Positions 32,380-39,139 of a stretch of DNA of 39,486 bases are shown piece by piece. Within the stretch, counting starts at the first letter, position 1, and every line of letters starts with the position of its first letter. The stretch comes from a virus, in IMG/VR virus record IMGVR_UViG_3300036717_000038, positions 1-39,486 of that record; one strand, 5' to 3'. The translations under genes and the position numbers were made by a program. Under the pieces are notes generated by a model, which worked only from the letters and a program-made list of their open reading frames with translations, was not told where the DNA came from and did not search any database.

Positions 32380-34157
32380 GTCGTCACAATCCCACGTTCT
32401 TTAAGGTACTTCGCCACATTGTTGATCGGCAACTGCGCGTTGCTCTCGTCGGCCTTCTGGCTGCCGGCGCGCGTCACGTTCCCCTGAATCAGCCTCATTC
32501 GAGTGTAGTCAATCCAGGCGATGTGAGCAAGGGAGGCGGCGATTACCCGGTCATCCTTGCCGCGCCCAGGTGCGCCGAGCGAGCCGTCCGTCCGAATGAC
32601 GTTCTTCATTTCTTCGAGCAGCGCCGGAGAAGTGACGAGGCTCGTCCCGCGCTCGAAGCAATCCTTGAAGAAGCCGAGCATGCGCTCCTTGACCTGATAC
32701 GTGGTCTGCGTGTGGTATGCGGTCGGTCGGCCGCCGATGGAATCCTGCCGGCCGTAGAGGTAACTCTGCACATTCGACACGACATCAAGGATGCCTTGGC
32801 CGGCGCCGCCCGGAAGCGATGCGGCCGTGCGCTTGAGGTTGTTCATTTCTGTGAGTACAGCTTGGCCAGGGCCGTTAATTTCCAAGTTGAGCATGGTGTT
32901 CTTATAAGCCCCAGCGAGATAACAAATGACCCACGCGAATTGATAAGGGCTACACTCAGAAGTATTAAATTCGGCCACGAGGTCCATGCCATCAGCATAG
33001 CAACGCCAAACACTTGCACAAAAACGGTCGGCCCATTCACTTGAGCCGTATGCCGGGTCAGCACCAATAACATAATGTCCTCCTGCTGCAGGAAACTGCC
33101 AGATTTTCAGGTTTTGCATCTTCTCCGAGCACTCGTCCAGTTCGGTTCCCTCGAACTGATCCTTGAGCACGAAACGGAAATTGTGATACGAGAACTTGCG
33201 CGCGCGCTTCATCTCGTCGTTGAGCCGCGCGGAGTTGAAAAACTGCGAACCGGACAGGATGAAGGCATATTCCTCGGTCGGCGGGAACTCCTGATACATC
33301 ATCTGCTCGTCGCGAATGACCTCGTTCATCTTCCAGCGCCACCAGGCGATCTGCTCGTCGTCGATGTCGAAATTGTAGGTCTGCTTGATTTCCCGAACCC
33401 ACTTGCGCTCTGCCGGAGTCAGGCGCCCGTCAGCGTATACATCGTAAATCGGGTCGCCTTTCTTCTTGCGATATAGCTCGTTGCGCCACCAGCCGATGAA
33501 AATGGCCTTGCACGAACTCGCGAGCTTGGCGTCGTCCCAGGTATCCTTGAAGTGGTTGTAGCCGTTGGCCGTGGTTTCCCAAATGAACAGCCGATCCGGG
33601 TTGATTTCGGCCAGCGAGGCTTCGAGCGCGGCGATACCGTCGGAGTCACCCCAAAACGCAACTTCGGTCGCGTGCAGGAAGGTCAAGCCCTTCGACCGTC
33701 CGAGTCCGTTTTTCGTCTTCTTGGTGCCGGCGACCTGATACGCGAAGCGCGAGCGGTTGCCCAGGGTGAAATAGGTGCGGTTGTGGCTCTTGACCGGCTG
33801 CTTCCATTCCTTCGGCAACCCGTCCGTGTACATCGTGAGCATGTCCTTTATCATGTCCCGCGTCGGCTCGTCCTGCGTACAGATCGACCCGGACATGCCC
33901 TTGTTTTTGAACAGCCAGTACAGATCGAGCGCCAGGCACATCGTGGTGCACATGACCTGCCGACCCTTGAGGATGACGAAGGTGTGAACGCCGTTGTTCA
34001 GGCCGTCCGCAATCTGCTCCATCATGTAGGTCTGCGTGCCGGTGCGGTGCTCCGCGTCGAGCAGGATCTCGCCGAACTCTTTGCTGTCGATGCGCAGGTG
34101 GTCGCAGAATAGGTAGAAGGCGCTCAGGTTGAAGACCGGCTTGGTTTCTTCGGTCAC
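32376..34157 (-). CDS. terL: Terminase large subunit
   Basis: I chose the GTG at 34157 (GTGA overlap with the upstream stop) instead of the track start at 34310. The Walker-A-like segment is VILKGRQVMCTT. LTFLHATEVAFW is Walker-B / coupling-like. The nuclease segment is HYVIGADPAYGSSE. Confidence 0.85.
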   Translation of the reverse strand: MTEETKPVFNLSAFYLFCDHLRIDSKEFGEILLDAEHRTGTQTYMMEQIADGLNNGVHTFVILKGRQVMCTTMCLALDLYWLFKNKGMSGSICTQDEPTRDMIKDMLTMYTDGLPKEWKQPVKSHNRTYFTLGNRSRFAYQVAGTKKTKNGLGRSKGLTFLHATEVAFWGDSDGIAALEASLAEINPDRLFIWETTANGYNHFKDTWDDAKLASSCKAIFIGWWRNELYRKKKGDPIYDVYADGRLTPAERKWVREIKQTYNFDIDDEQIAWWRWKMNEVIRDEQMMYQEFPPTEEYAFILSGSQFFNSARLNDEMKRARKFSYHNFRFVLKDQFEGTELDECSEKMQNLKIWQFPAAGGHYVIGADPAYGSSEWADRFCASVWRCYADGMDLVAEFNTSECSPYQFAWVICYLAGAYKNTMLNLEINGPGQAVLTEMNNLKRTAASLPGGAGQGILDVVSNVQSYLYGRQDSIGGRPTAYHTQTTYQVKERMLGFFKDCFERGTSLVTSPALLEEMKNVIRTDGSLGAPGRGKDDRVIAASLAHIAWIDYTRMRLIQGNVTRAGSQKADESNAQLPINNVAKYLKERGIVTT

Positions 34158-34405
34158 GACATCAACCTTTCCTCGATCCACTTCCCGGCCAGCGTCTTGA
34201 AGCACTCGCTCGCGTGCTTGTCGTCGAACTGATCCCGGCGCGTCTTGAGCATGACGAGAAAGTTGACCTTCGCCTCTTCGCTTCCGAGCTTTGGCCAATG
34301 CTGCATCCACGCCTTGATCTGCGTGAAATCGCGCTCGTGCTGAAGGTCGCCCAGGTCCGGGGCGAGCGGGATGTTGTTCAAGATCATGCTCTTAGGTTGC
34401 ATCAT
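34154..34405 (-). CDS. Hypothetical protein (83 aa)
   Basis: ORF in the track, located between the HTH protein and the large terminase. Confidence 0.55.
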   Translation of the reverse strand: MMQPKSMILNNIPLAPDLGDLQHERDFTQIKAWMQHWPKLGSEEAKVNFLVMLKTRRDQFDDKHASECFKTLAGKWIEERLMS

Positions 34406-34691
34406 CGCTCTCCACCTTCTTCATTCTGACAAAATCCTCTGGAAGCGTCGAGGCGAAGCCGTCGAGGTTGATTTCGATGTTGCCCCCGCACGGCTTCTTG
34501 AGCAAGCCCTTTTCGATCAACTTGTTGGCGTTGCGAAATACCGTTGACCGATGCAAGCCCAACTGCTCCGCGCACTTGTTGACCCAACCTCGACCCGCAA
34601 CATGCCCCATGCAACCGACATCGACGAGGAACCAAATCAGCCGGTGCTCCGTCGCGCTGATGTCGGCGCGCTTCCAGATTGGATCGGACAT
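34392..34691 (-). CDS. Winged-helix/HTH DNA-binding protein (99 aa), candidate small terminase or regulator
   Basis: I chose the ATG at 34691 (MSDPIWKRADISATEHRLIWFLV...). NKCAEQLGLHRSTVFRNANKLIEKGLL looks like an HTH. Confidence 0.55.
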   Translation of the reverse strand: MSDPIWKRADISATEHRLIWFLVDVGCMGHVAGRGWVNKCAEQLGLHRSTVFRNANKLIEKGLLKKPCGGNIEINLDGFASTLPEDFVRMKKVESDDAT

Positions 34692-34693
34692 TT

Positions 34694-35044
34694 TTACCCG
34701 TTCAACACCGTGCGCACGGCGCCGGCCTGCTCCTGCTGCGCAACCTTCTGTTGGTACAACTGCGCCTTGACATGGCGCTCCAGATGCCGCTTCGTGTCGC
34801 TGTTCAACTCGCTGCTGGCCGGCAGGCCGGCAATCCAGCCGAGCGTTTTGCCCTGGTCGAACAGGTTGTCCACCACGTCCAGGGCATGCGATGCAATCGA
34901 TCCGGGTGTCGCTTCCAATGCCCGACCGCTCGACAGCATAGAATTGACGAACTGCAGCGCCGTTCTGAAACGCAAGTCCATGACGCAGCCGTCGGCGTAG
35001 GCCGCGAGCGGATCGGGGTAATACTCGATGTTGGAGTCGGTCAT
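34694..35044 (-). CDS. Hypothetical protein (116 aa)
   Basis: ORF in the track with an ATGA overlap with the upstream gene. Confidence 0.55.
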   Translation of the reverse strand: MTDSNIEYYPDPLAAYADGCVMDLRFRTALQFVNSMLSSGRALEATPGSIASHALDVVDNLFDQGKTLGWIAGLPASSELNSDTKRHLERHVKAQLYQQKVAQQEQAGAVRTVLNG

Positions 35045-35436
35045 GATGATTTCCCTTCATGCAGTTTTTGTTTCAAGAGATAGCCTTCGATCGGCCAAAT
35101 CTTGTCAAGTGCATTCTCCATTGCAATTTTTTGGCCGAGGCTTGCGTCGAAATTTTCCGGGCTGACGCATGCCGACTCGCCAGTGACAGTAAAGCCATTT
35201 TCCAGTACCAGCACACAGAAAGTCAGAAGCCCCAAAGTAGGATCAATGGAATAGGTTGGATGTGAATTGGTTGGATGTGTAGAAGCATTTGCTAGAACGC
35301 CTTCTGCGGCTGTGAAATAGTAGGCGTCTTTGACGAGAGCATGAATTCGGATAGGCGTGACGCGCGCTGCCGTCTTCCATTTATCTTTAATTTCCTGCTT
35401 GATTTGTTGGTCAGTGCTCATGTCGTTGCTCCCCAC
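35041..35436 (-). CDS. N4 Gp49 / Sf6 gp66-like protein
   Basis: LTFCVLVLENGFTVTGESACVSPENFDASLGQKIAMENALDKIWPIEGYLLKQKL matches my memory of that family's conserved core. An alternative start is at 35421. Confidence 0.7.
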   Translation of the reverse strand: MGSNDMSTDQQIKQEIKDKWKTAARVTPIRIHALVKDAYYFTAAEGVLANASTHPTNSHPTYSIDPTLGLLTFCVLVLENGFTVTGESACVSPENFDASLGQKIAMENALDKIWPIEGYLLKQKLHEGKSS

Positions 35437-35846
35437 ACGCCCTTGATCGTGTCGGCCAGCATGTTTCGCGTTGACGTCGACATCCCGGCGGTGAACTGCT
35501 GCAGCTCGCGCAGCGACGACACCTTGTCCGCGTGCTCCGGGTAGCCGTCGTATTGCGTGATGCCGGCGGCTATGACATCCGTCAATCGGTCAAACTGCTC
35601 GACAGTTGCGTCAAGGCCGGAGCCAGGAGAAGCGGACGCCGCCTCCGCTGCGCTCGCAATGGTCTCCAACTCCGTAACGGCCACAGCAACCGCATTTTGG
35701 TCAGGCGCAATATTCGCCGCGTCTTCTTCAATTTTCGCCTCCGCTGCAGCGACTGCCGCCTGGTCCTGCGCTCTCTCGACGGATGCCGCATAGGCAGCGT
35801 CGTTCTCCTGCGTCTGTGCGTCGGTCAGTTGGTTTTCGTCGGTCAT
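35418..35846 (-). CDS. Hypothetical acidic Ala-rich protein (142 aa)
   Basis: ORF in the track. It is the first sizeable gene of the late arm. Confidence 0.6.
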   Translation of the reverse strand: MTDENQLTDAQTQENDAAYAASVERAQDQAAVAAAEAKIEEDAANIAPDQNAVAVAVTELETIASAAEAASASPGSGLDATVEQFDRLTDVIAAGITQYDGYPEHADKVSSLRELQQFTAGMSTSTRNMLADTIKGVWGATT

Positions 35847-35882
35847 GATAAAGCCCTCTTTTTCGGTTGAATTTCAGGAAGT

Positions 35883-35956
35883 GGGGGCCGGGCTGAATCG
35901 AACATGCCGGCCTCCGACCTTAATGGTCGGTGCTCTTCCACTGAGCTACGGTCCCC
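35883..35956 (-). tRNA. tRNA-like element, non-canonical. It has UUA at the anticodon position and could be a suppressor-like tRNA or a pseudo-tRNA.
   Basis: The minus strand reads G-GGGACCG-TA-GCTC-AGTGGAA-GAGC-A-CCGAC-CATTAAG-GTCGG-AGGCC-GGC(A)TG-TTCGATT-CAGCC-CGGCCCC-C. The D arm and anticodon stem are perfect. There are three defects: A instead of U at position 33, a bulged A in the T stem and an A-C mismatch in the acceptor stem. Confidence 0.5.
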
Positions 35957-35963
35957 GTCGTCG

Positions 35964-36101
35964 TTACCCGCGTATCCCAATCGTGACGCTCGGACGTGGT
36001 TTCTTTCCGCTTCCGCCCGTGGGTTTCGGCGCCGGTGCTGGTGTTGCCTTTTGCTGCGGCTGCGGAACCGGCTTCGCAGTCGGGGGTTTCGGTATCGCCA
36101 T
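35964..36101 (-). CDS. Possible 45-aa Pro/Lys-rich leader ORF (MAIPKPPTAKPVPQPQQKATPAPAPKPTGGSGKKPRPSVTIGIRG)
   Basis: Read manually. AAGGAGAG lies 6 nt upstream of the ATG at 36101, and the TAA at 35964-35966 is just upstream of the tRNA-like element. Confidence 0.35.
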   Translation of the reverse strand: MAIPKPPTAKPVPQPQQKATPAPAPKPTGGSGKKPRPSVTIGIRG

Positions 36102-36139
36102 GCTGCTCTCCTTCGAAGGTTGAATGGAACTGCATGGAA

Positions 36140-36168
36140 AGCATATACCACCTTCCGCTATGTTGCAA
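36140..36168 (-). promoter_or_regulatory. Candidate leftward (late-arm) sigma70-type promoter
   Basis: On the minus strand, TTGCAA (36168-36163) is followed by a 17-nt spacer and TATGCT (36145-36140). An alternative reading is a TGgTATATG extended -10. It lies about 40 nt upstream of the leader ORF RBS. Confidence 0.4.
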
Positions 36169-36303
36169 GCATGTAGCTACACTATTTCTCTATGCATCCC
36201 CCTCGACGCCTGCTCGCCATACACCGTCGCAATTCAGCAACAATTCTGTCTTCAATAATCCCCCTCAACCTCTGTTGCCTTGGCGTACTTCGTGATTTTT
36301 TTT

Positions 36304-37337
36304 GGTGGGGGAAACGGTGGTGGCACCCAACAAACTCAGTCTCAAGTCCAACCTATTGTCCATTGGGCAACGGCAGAACGATGAAGCGCGGCCTCAGCAC
36401 CGGGAGACCGGCCGACCCGCTCGCGAGCAAGCCAGGGGTGAGAGGTATCACATTCCGATACTCGACCGCAGAAGGTAGCACTCGAAGGTATCAGTTTTCA
36501 ATACTTGCCTTGGGGAATGTGACGGCCACCACAAGTTTTCACGCCTCATTAAGCATGCTGAATCAACAAAGTGAAGCACCGAGGGTAATAGAAGGTCGGG
36601 ATACGATGGAGAGCCGCTACGCTCTAACCGTCACGGAAAGAGTCAAGAACAACGGCGTCTACAGGGATGGCAGGAGAAGACCGACGATAACCAGTCTTGA
36701 CGATTTCAGAATCCTTGGGTTTTAAATGTCCAAAAGCCACGGTTTGGTTTCGCTCAGGTCCAAACCTCACCCGAGGAAAAAAGGGAGAAAAGTCCTACCG
36801 ATGGCGGTTTATCTATGCCTCGGAGTGCGCGGCCTATGGTCTCAAGGCGCTATCGCGGTCTCCGCACGGGTTCGAGTCCCCTGTGTCGGCAACGTTTATC
36901 GAGGTCGGATCGGCTCCGAGTGCATGCCCGCCTGGACTGCGGCGGCTTCCTCTAGGGCTGGGTTATGGCCCCCGCTGAAGGGGCGCCGCGAAGTGAATCA
37001 AGCCCTTGCACACGGCGCCGCTTCAGAGGGCGCGCGTCACCAGTAAAGACAAAAAGCTACGGCATCCTCAGCAGACCCACTATACGGCCGAGCCGGATGA
37101 AGGAATCGAAGATCCAGAAGAGAAAAATCGGAAACGGGCCGGCGTCGGTGGAATCGAAAACGACAGGGATACGCCTGGTGCACGGCTTTGAGGATCGGAT
37201 TTAGCGGTGGAAGCTTTACGCGTGATGAGCTAGGCATGGGCGAAAAAAACTCAATAGATGAGGCCGGTCGGCGGCCTGGCGGGCGAAAAAGCATGTGGTA
37301 ACGGCACGATGCAAATCACCAGCCTCATCTATTGAGT
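36304..37337 (+). ncRNA. Candidate large structured non-coding RNA (family unassigned; boundaries approximate)
   Basis: No credible ORF is present. Helices seen: 36317-36324 GTGGTGGC with 36525-36532 GCCACCAC. Twin hairpins at 36444-36462 and 36486-36506, each with one G-U pair that works only on the + strand. 36741-36747 GGTTTGG with 36760-36766 CCAAACC. 36819-36825 CTCGGAG with 36914-36920 CTCCGAG. A 14/16-bp stem at 36973-36988 / 37013-37028. A T-arm-like GGGTTCGAGTCCCC at 36868-36881. A terminal 16-bp stem at 37249-37264 / 37322-37337. Confidence 0.3.
36866..36890 (+). other. tRNA 3'-half-like element (T arm plus 3' acceptor strand) without a matching 5' half
   Basis: ACGGG-TTCGAGT-CCCCT-GTGTCGG-C has 4 of 5 T-stem pairs. 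I found no convincing D or anticodon arm upstream. Confidence 0.4.
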
Positions 37338-37345
37338 CTGTTGTT
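37243..37345. terminator. Long hairpin with A7 and T-rich flanks, a candidate bidirectional factor-independent terminator
   Basis: Perfect 16-bp arms ACTCAATAGATGAGGC (37249-37264) and GCCTCATCTATTGAGT (37322-37337) flank a 57-nt loop. The hairpin is preceded by A7 (37243-37249) and followed by CTGTTGTT. Confidence 0.45.
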
Positions 37346-37494
37346 CCGTTACAACTTTATCGGTAGCCAGCCGATGACCGAATATTGCGCCTGAACGATT
37401 TGCCCTGTCAAGCGCTTTATGCGAAAAATCTGCATTTTGTTGAATCGATATAGCCACACGATCTAGAATATTGACTAAAAACGTGAATAAATGT

Positions 37495-37522
37495 TTGAAT
37501 ATCTTCGAATATAGTCTATAAT
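37495..37522 (+). promoter_or_regulatory. Rightward early sigma70-type promoter
   Basis: TTGAAT (37495-37500), a 16-nt spacer and consensus TATAAT (37517-37522) lie in an AT-rich tract. GGGAGA and the first early ATG (37566) follow. Confidence 0.55.
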
Positions 37523-37565
37523 TTAGTCATCGAATCACAAACAGCCAGCAAACGGGAGAATAAAA

Positions 37566-37784
37566 ATGATTGAACTGACCTACACCGGAATTTCCGCAGA
37601 ACAGGCAACTGGTTACATGACCTATGCCACGATGGACACGGTTTTTTCGGTTGAGGAATACGCTGAAAAATACAATCTTAACCATCACGACATTGACGCC
37701 GCATCGGTTCATGCCGTGCAAGACGCGATAGCACAGTTGAATCAAGGTCAATTTTTGCATATTGATCACGAAAACATCAACTGA
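37566..37784 (+). CDS. First early gene: small strongly acidic protein (72 aa)
   Basis: GGGAGA lies 7 nt upstream of the ATG. By my count there are 11 Asp/Glu against 1 Lys and 0 Arg. Confidence 0.65.
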   Translation: MIELTYTGISAEQATGYMTYATMDTVFSVEEYAEKYNLNHHDIDAASVHAVQDAIAQLNQGQFLHIDHENIN

Positions 37785-37913
37785 TCTGGTAAAAATACCT
37801 GCGGGATAATTTGGAGTTCGACGCCGGACGGATGCAGGGAATCCGGCAAATTTAAACACCAACCCCTGAATAGCCTAACCTCAACACCACAACACAACAA
37901 CAGGAGCAAGAAA

Positions 37914-38138
37914 ATGAAATCGGGCGAATACAACGGTTTCCCAAACTGGAACCAATGGAATGTCAGTCTCTGGCTGAACAACGACGAAGGCATGTACAAC
38001 ACCATGCGCGAATGCTTGAAAACATCCAAGACACGGCGCAAAGCTGCCTGCCGTCTACAGGGCATGCTTCCAGCCAAAACACCGGACGGTGCGCGCTACT
38101 CGGTTGTGGCAATTCTTGGCGCCATGGAAGGACTGTAA
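37914..38138 (+). CDS. Hypothetical Trp/Asn-rich early protein (74 aa)
   Basis: CAGGAG lies upstream of the ATG. The motif GFPNWNQWNVSLWLNNDEGMY resembles a widespread uncharacterised phage family I recall. Confidence 0.65.
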   Translation: MKSGEYNGFPNWNQWNVSLWLNNDEGMYNTMRECLKTSKTRRKAACRLQGMLPAKTPDGARYSVVAILGAMEGL

Positions 38139-38140
38139 TC

Positions 38141-38290
38141 ATGACCACCAAAATCCTCCCCCTGGCGCACCCGACCGAAGCCACGATGCGCGACTACGAA
38201 CAGGCCAAGATGCGCCTGGAGCTGATCCTACTGCGTGACTTCTGGATGGCGCGGTGGAACCTGATGCGCGGCGTGCACCAGATAAAGTGA
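38141..38290 (+). CDS. Hypothetical protein (49 aa)
   Basis: I chose the ATG at 38141 (MTTKILPL...), 2 nt after the upstream TAA, instead of the track start at 37955. Confidence 0.45.
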   Translation: MTTKILPLAHPTEATMRDYEQAKMRLELILLRDFWMARWNLMRGVHQIK

Positions 38291-38297
38291 GGAATTC

Positions 38298-38552
38298 ATG
38301 TCTACATCAAAAAAATACGCGATGCTGAACGGCGATGGTGAATTTATCGCGGTCTATTCGCAGACAACGCACACCGGATTCCATGTTCACGTAACGTCTA
38401 CCACGGATATTGAAAAGGCATCCACGTTTCAACAGCCAGTCCTTGAAAACAGGATGATGAAATCTGTGGAGGGCGCCTATCCGATTATCCGATGGGTACC
38501 GGTTCAAGAAACACGAACCGTTGAGCTTCTTGGTTTTGGCATCAGCACATGA
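38298..38552 (+). CDS. Hypothetical protein (84 aa)
   Basis: GAGGA lies upstream of the ATG, and the stop overlaps the next ATG (ATGA). Confidence 0.6.
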   Translation: MSTSKKYAMLNGDGEFIAVYSQTTHTGFHVHVTSTTDIEKASTFQQPVLENRMMKSVEGAYPIIRWVPVQETRTVELLGFGIST

Positions 38553-38827
38553 ACCGCGAAGAGTGCATCAAGGCGATACACGCTGCCGAGCTAGACCAGG
38601 CGCACCACGTATCGATTGAACTGTTCGCCTTGGGCCTAATCAGCTACCGGATTTATCAACACATCAAGCGCGATGCGCAAAGGGAGAGAGAGCATGTACA
38701 AGGACTACAAGCCGATGTCAAGGATTCGCAAACTGCAGGTGCGCTATTGGCTATGGCAGCACGATCGGCGAGTGATGCTGTCGAGATTGACGGCGCAGCA
38801 GAAGGAGGAACGGCTGCAGCGGATTAG
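38549..38827 (+). CDS. Hypothetical protein (92 aa as drawn; the 3' portion is doubtful)
   Basis: The start is coupled by an ATGA overlap. The last ~45 codons overlap the next gene out of frame and look like Ala-rich shadow sequence. Confidence 0.45.
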   Translation: MNREECIKAIHAAELDQAHHVSIELFALGLISYRIYQHIKRDAQREREHVQGLQADVKDSQTAGALLAMAARSASDAVEIDGAAEGGTAAAD

Positions 38828-38954
38828 CGGCTGGGTCTGCATCGGCATCATCATCGTGCTTACGCTGGTGCTGATCGTTGCGAACGTTTGGCGCGACCTG
38901 AACGCAGAGGAAACGCTTTTGACGGTGCCGGCGCATACCGGGAAGATTACGTAA
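38694..38954 (+). CDS. Small membrane-anchored protein (86 aa)
   Basis: GGGAGAGAGAG lies upstream of the ATG at 38694. The TM segment is WVCIGIIIVLTLVLIVANVW. Confidence 0.55.
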   Translation: MYKDYKPMSRIRKLQVRYWLWQHDRRVMLSRLTAQQKEERLQRISGWVCIGIIIVLTLVLIVANVWRDLNAEETLLTVPAHTGKIT

Positions 38955-39139
38955 CCGAACCAACCAGGCCACACCCGCACGAAGGCGAACAAAAGACCGT
39001 GCGCGCCAAACCTGAGACCGTAGCTGCTGGCACTTGTGAGTACGACAGTATTGAGCCGAAAGCACTTTAGACCAGCAGTGAGTAGGACGTAACCCGGCCG
39101 CGTAAGTGCCGGGACCTTCAACCAAACAGGAGCAGAATA

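Noticed and set aside
35843-36168. Minus-strand ORFs of 102 aa and 82 aa, and plus-strand ORFs of 92, 90 and 99 aa, over the tRNA-like element
   Set aside because: They run through the tRNA-like structure, lack RBSs and have an implausible composition. Only the short RBS-preceded 45-aa frame was retained, at low confidence.
36192-36725. 177-aa plus-strand ORF in the gene-free region taken as an ordinary gene
   Set aside because: It has no RBS, an Arg/Ser/Trp-rich and acid-poor composition, and many codons that are rare in the confident genes. It is kept only as a low-probability read-through hypothesis in the findings.
36770-36800. RNase P RNA, suggested by GAGGAAAAAAGGGAGAAAAGTCC, which resembles the GAGGAAAGTCC core of P4
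   Set aside because: The match is interrupted, and the other universally conserved RNase P blocks were not seen.
36411-36893. tmRNA, suggested by a T-arm plus acceptor-like 3' end and a possible 5' partner GCCGAC at about 36411
   Set aside because: I could find no tag reading frame ending in a typical Ala-Ala stop, no resume-codon context and no TTCGAC-type D-analogue. At about 480 nt it is also too long.
36866-36893. A functional attP with site-specific integration
   Set aside because: No tyrosine or serine recombinase gene is present in the closed genome. It is kept only as a possible remnant in the findings.
36825-37030. Group II intron, suggested by GTGCG at 36825
   Set aside because: No domain V-like 34-nt hairpin with a GNRA loop and 2-nt bulge is seen downstream, and there is no intron-encoded protein.
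37222-37246. Hammerhead ribozyme core (GUGAUGAG ... CGAAA)
   Set aside because: The first core position is G where the conserved CUGAUGA box has C, and the intervening sequence forms at most a 3-bp stem II.
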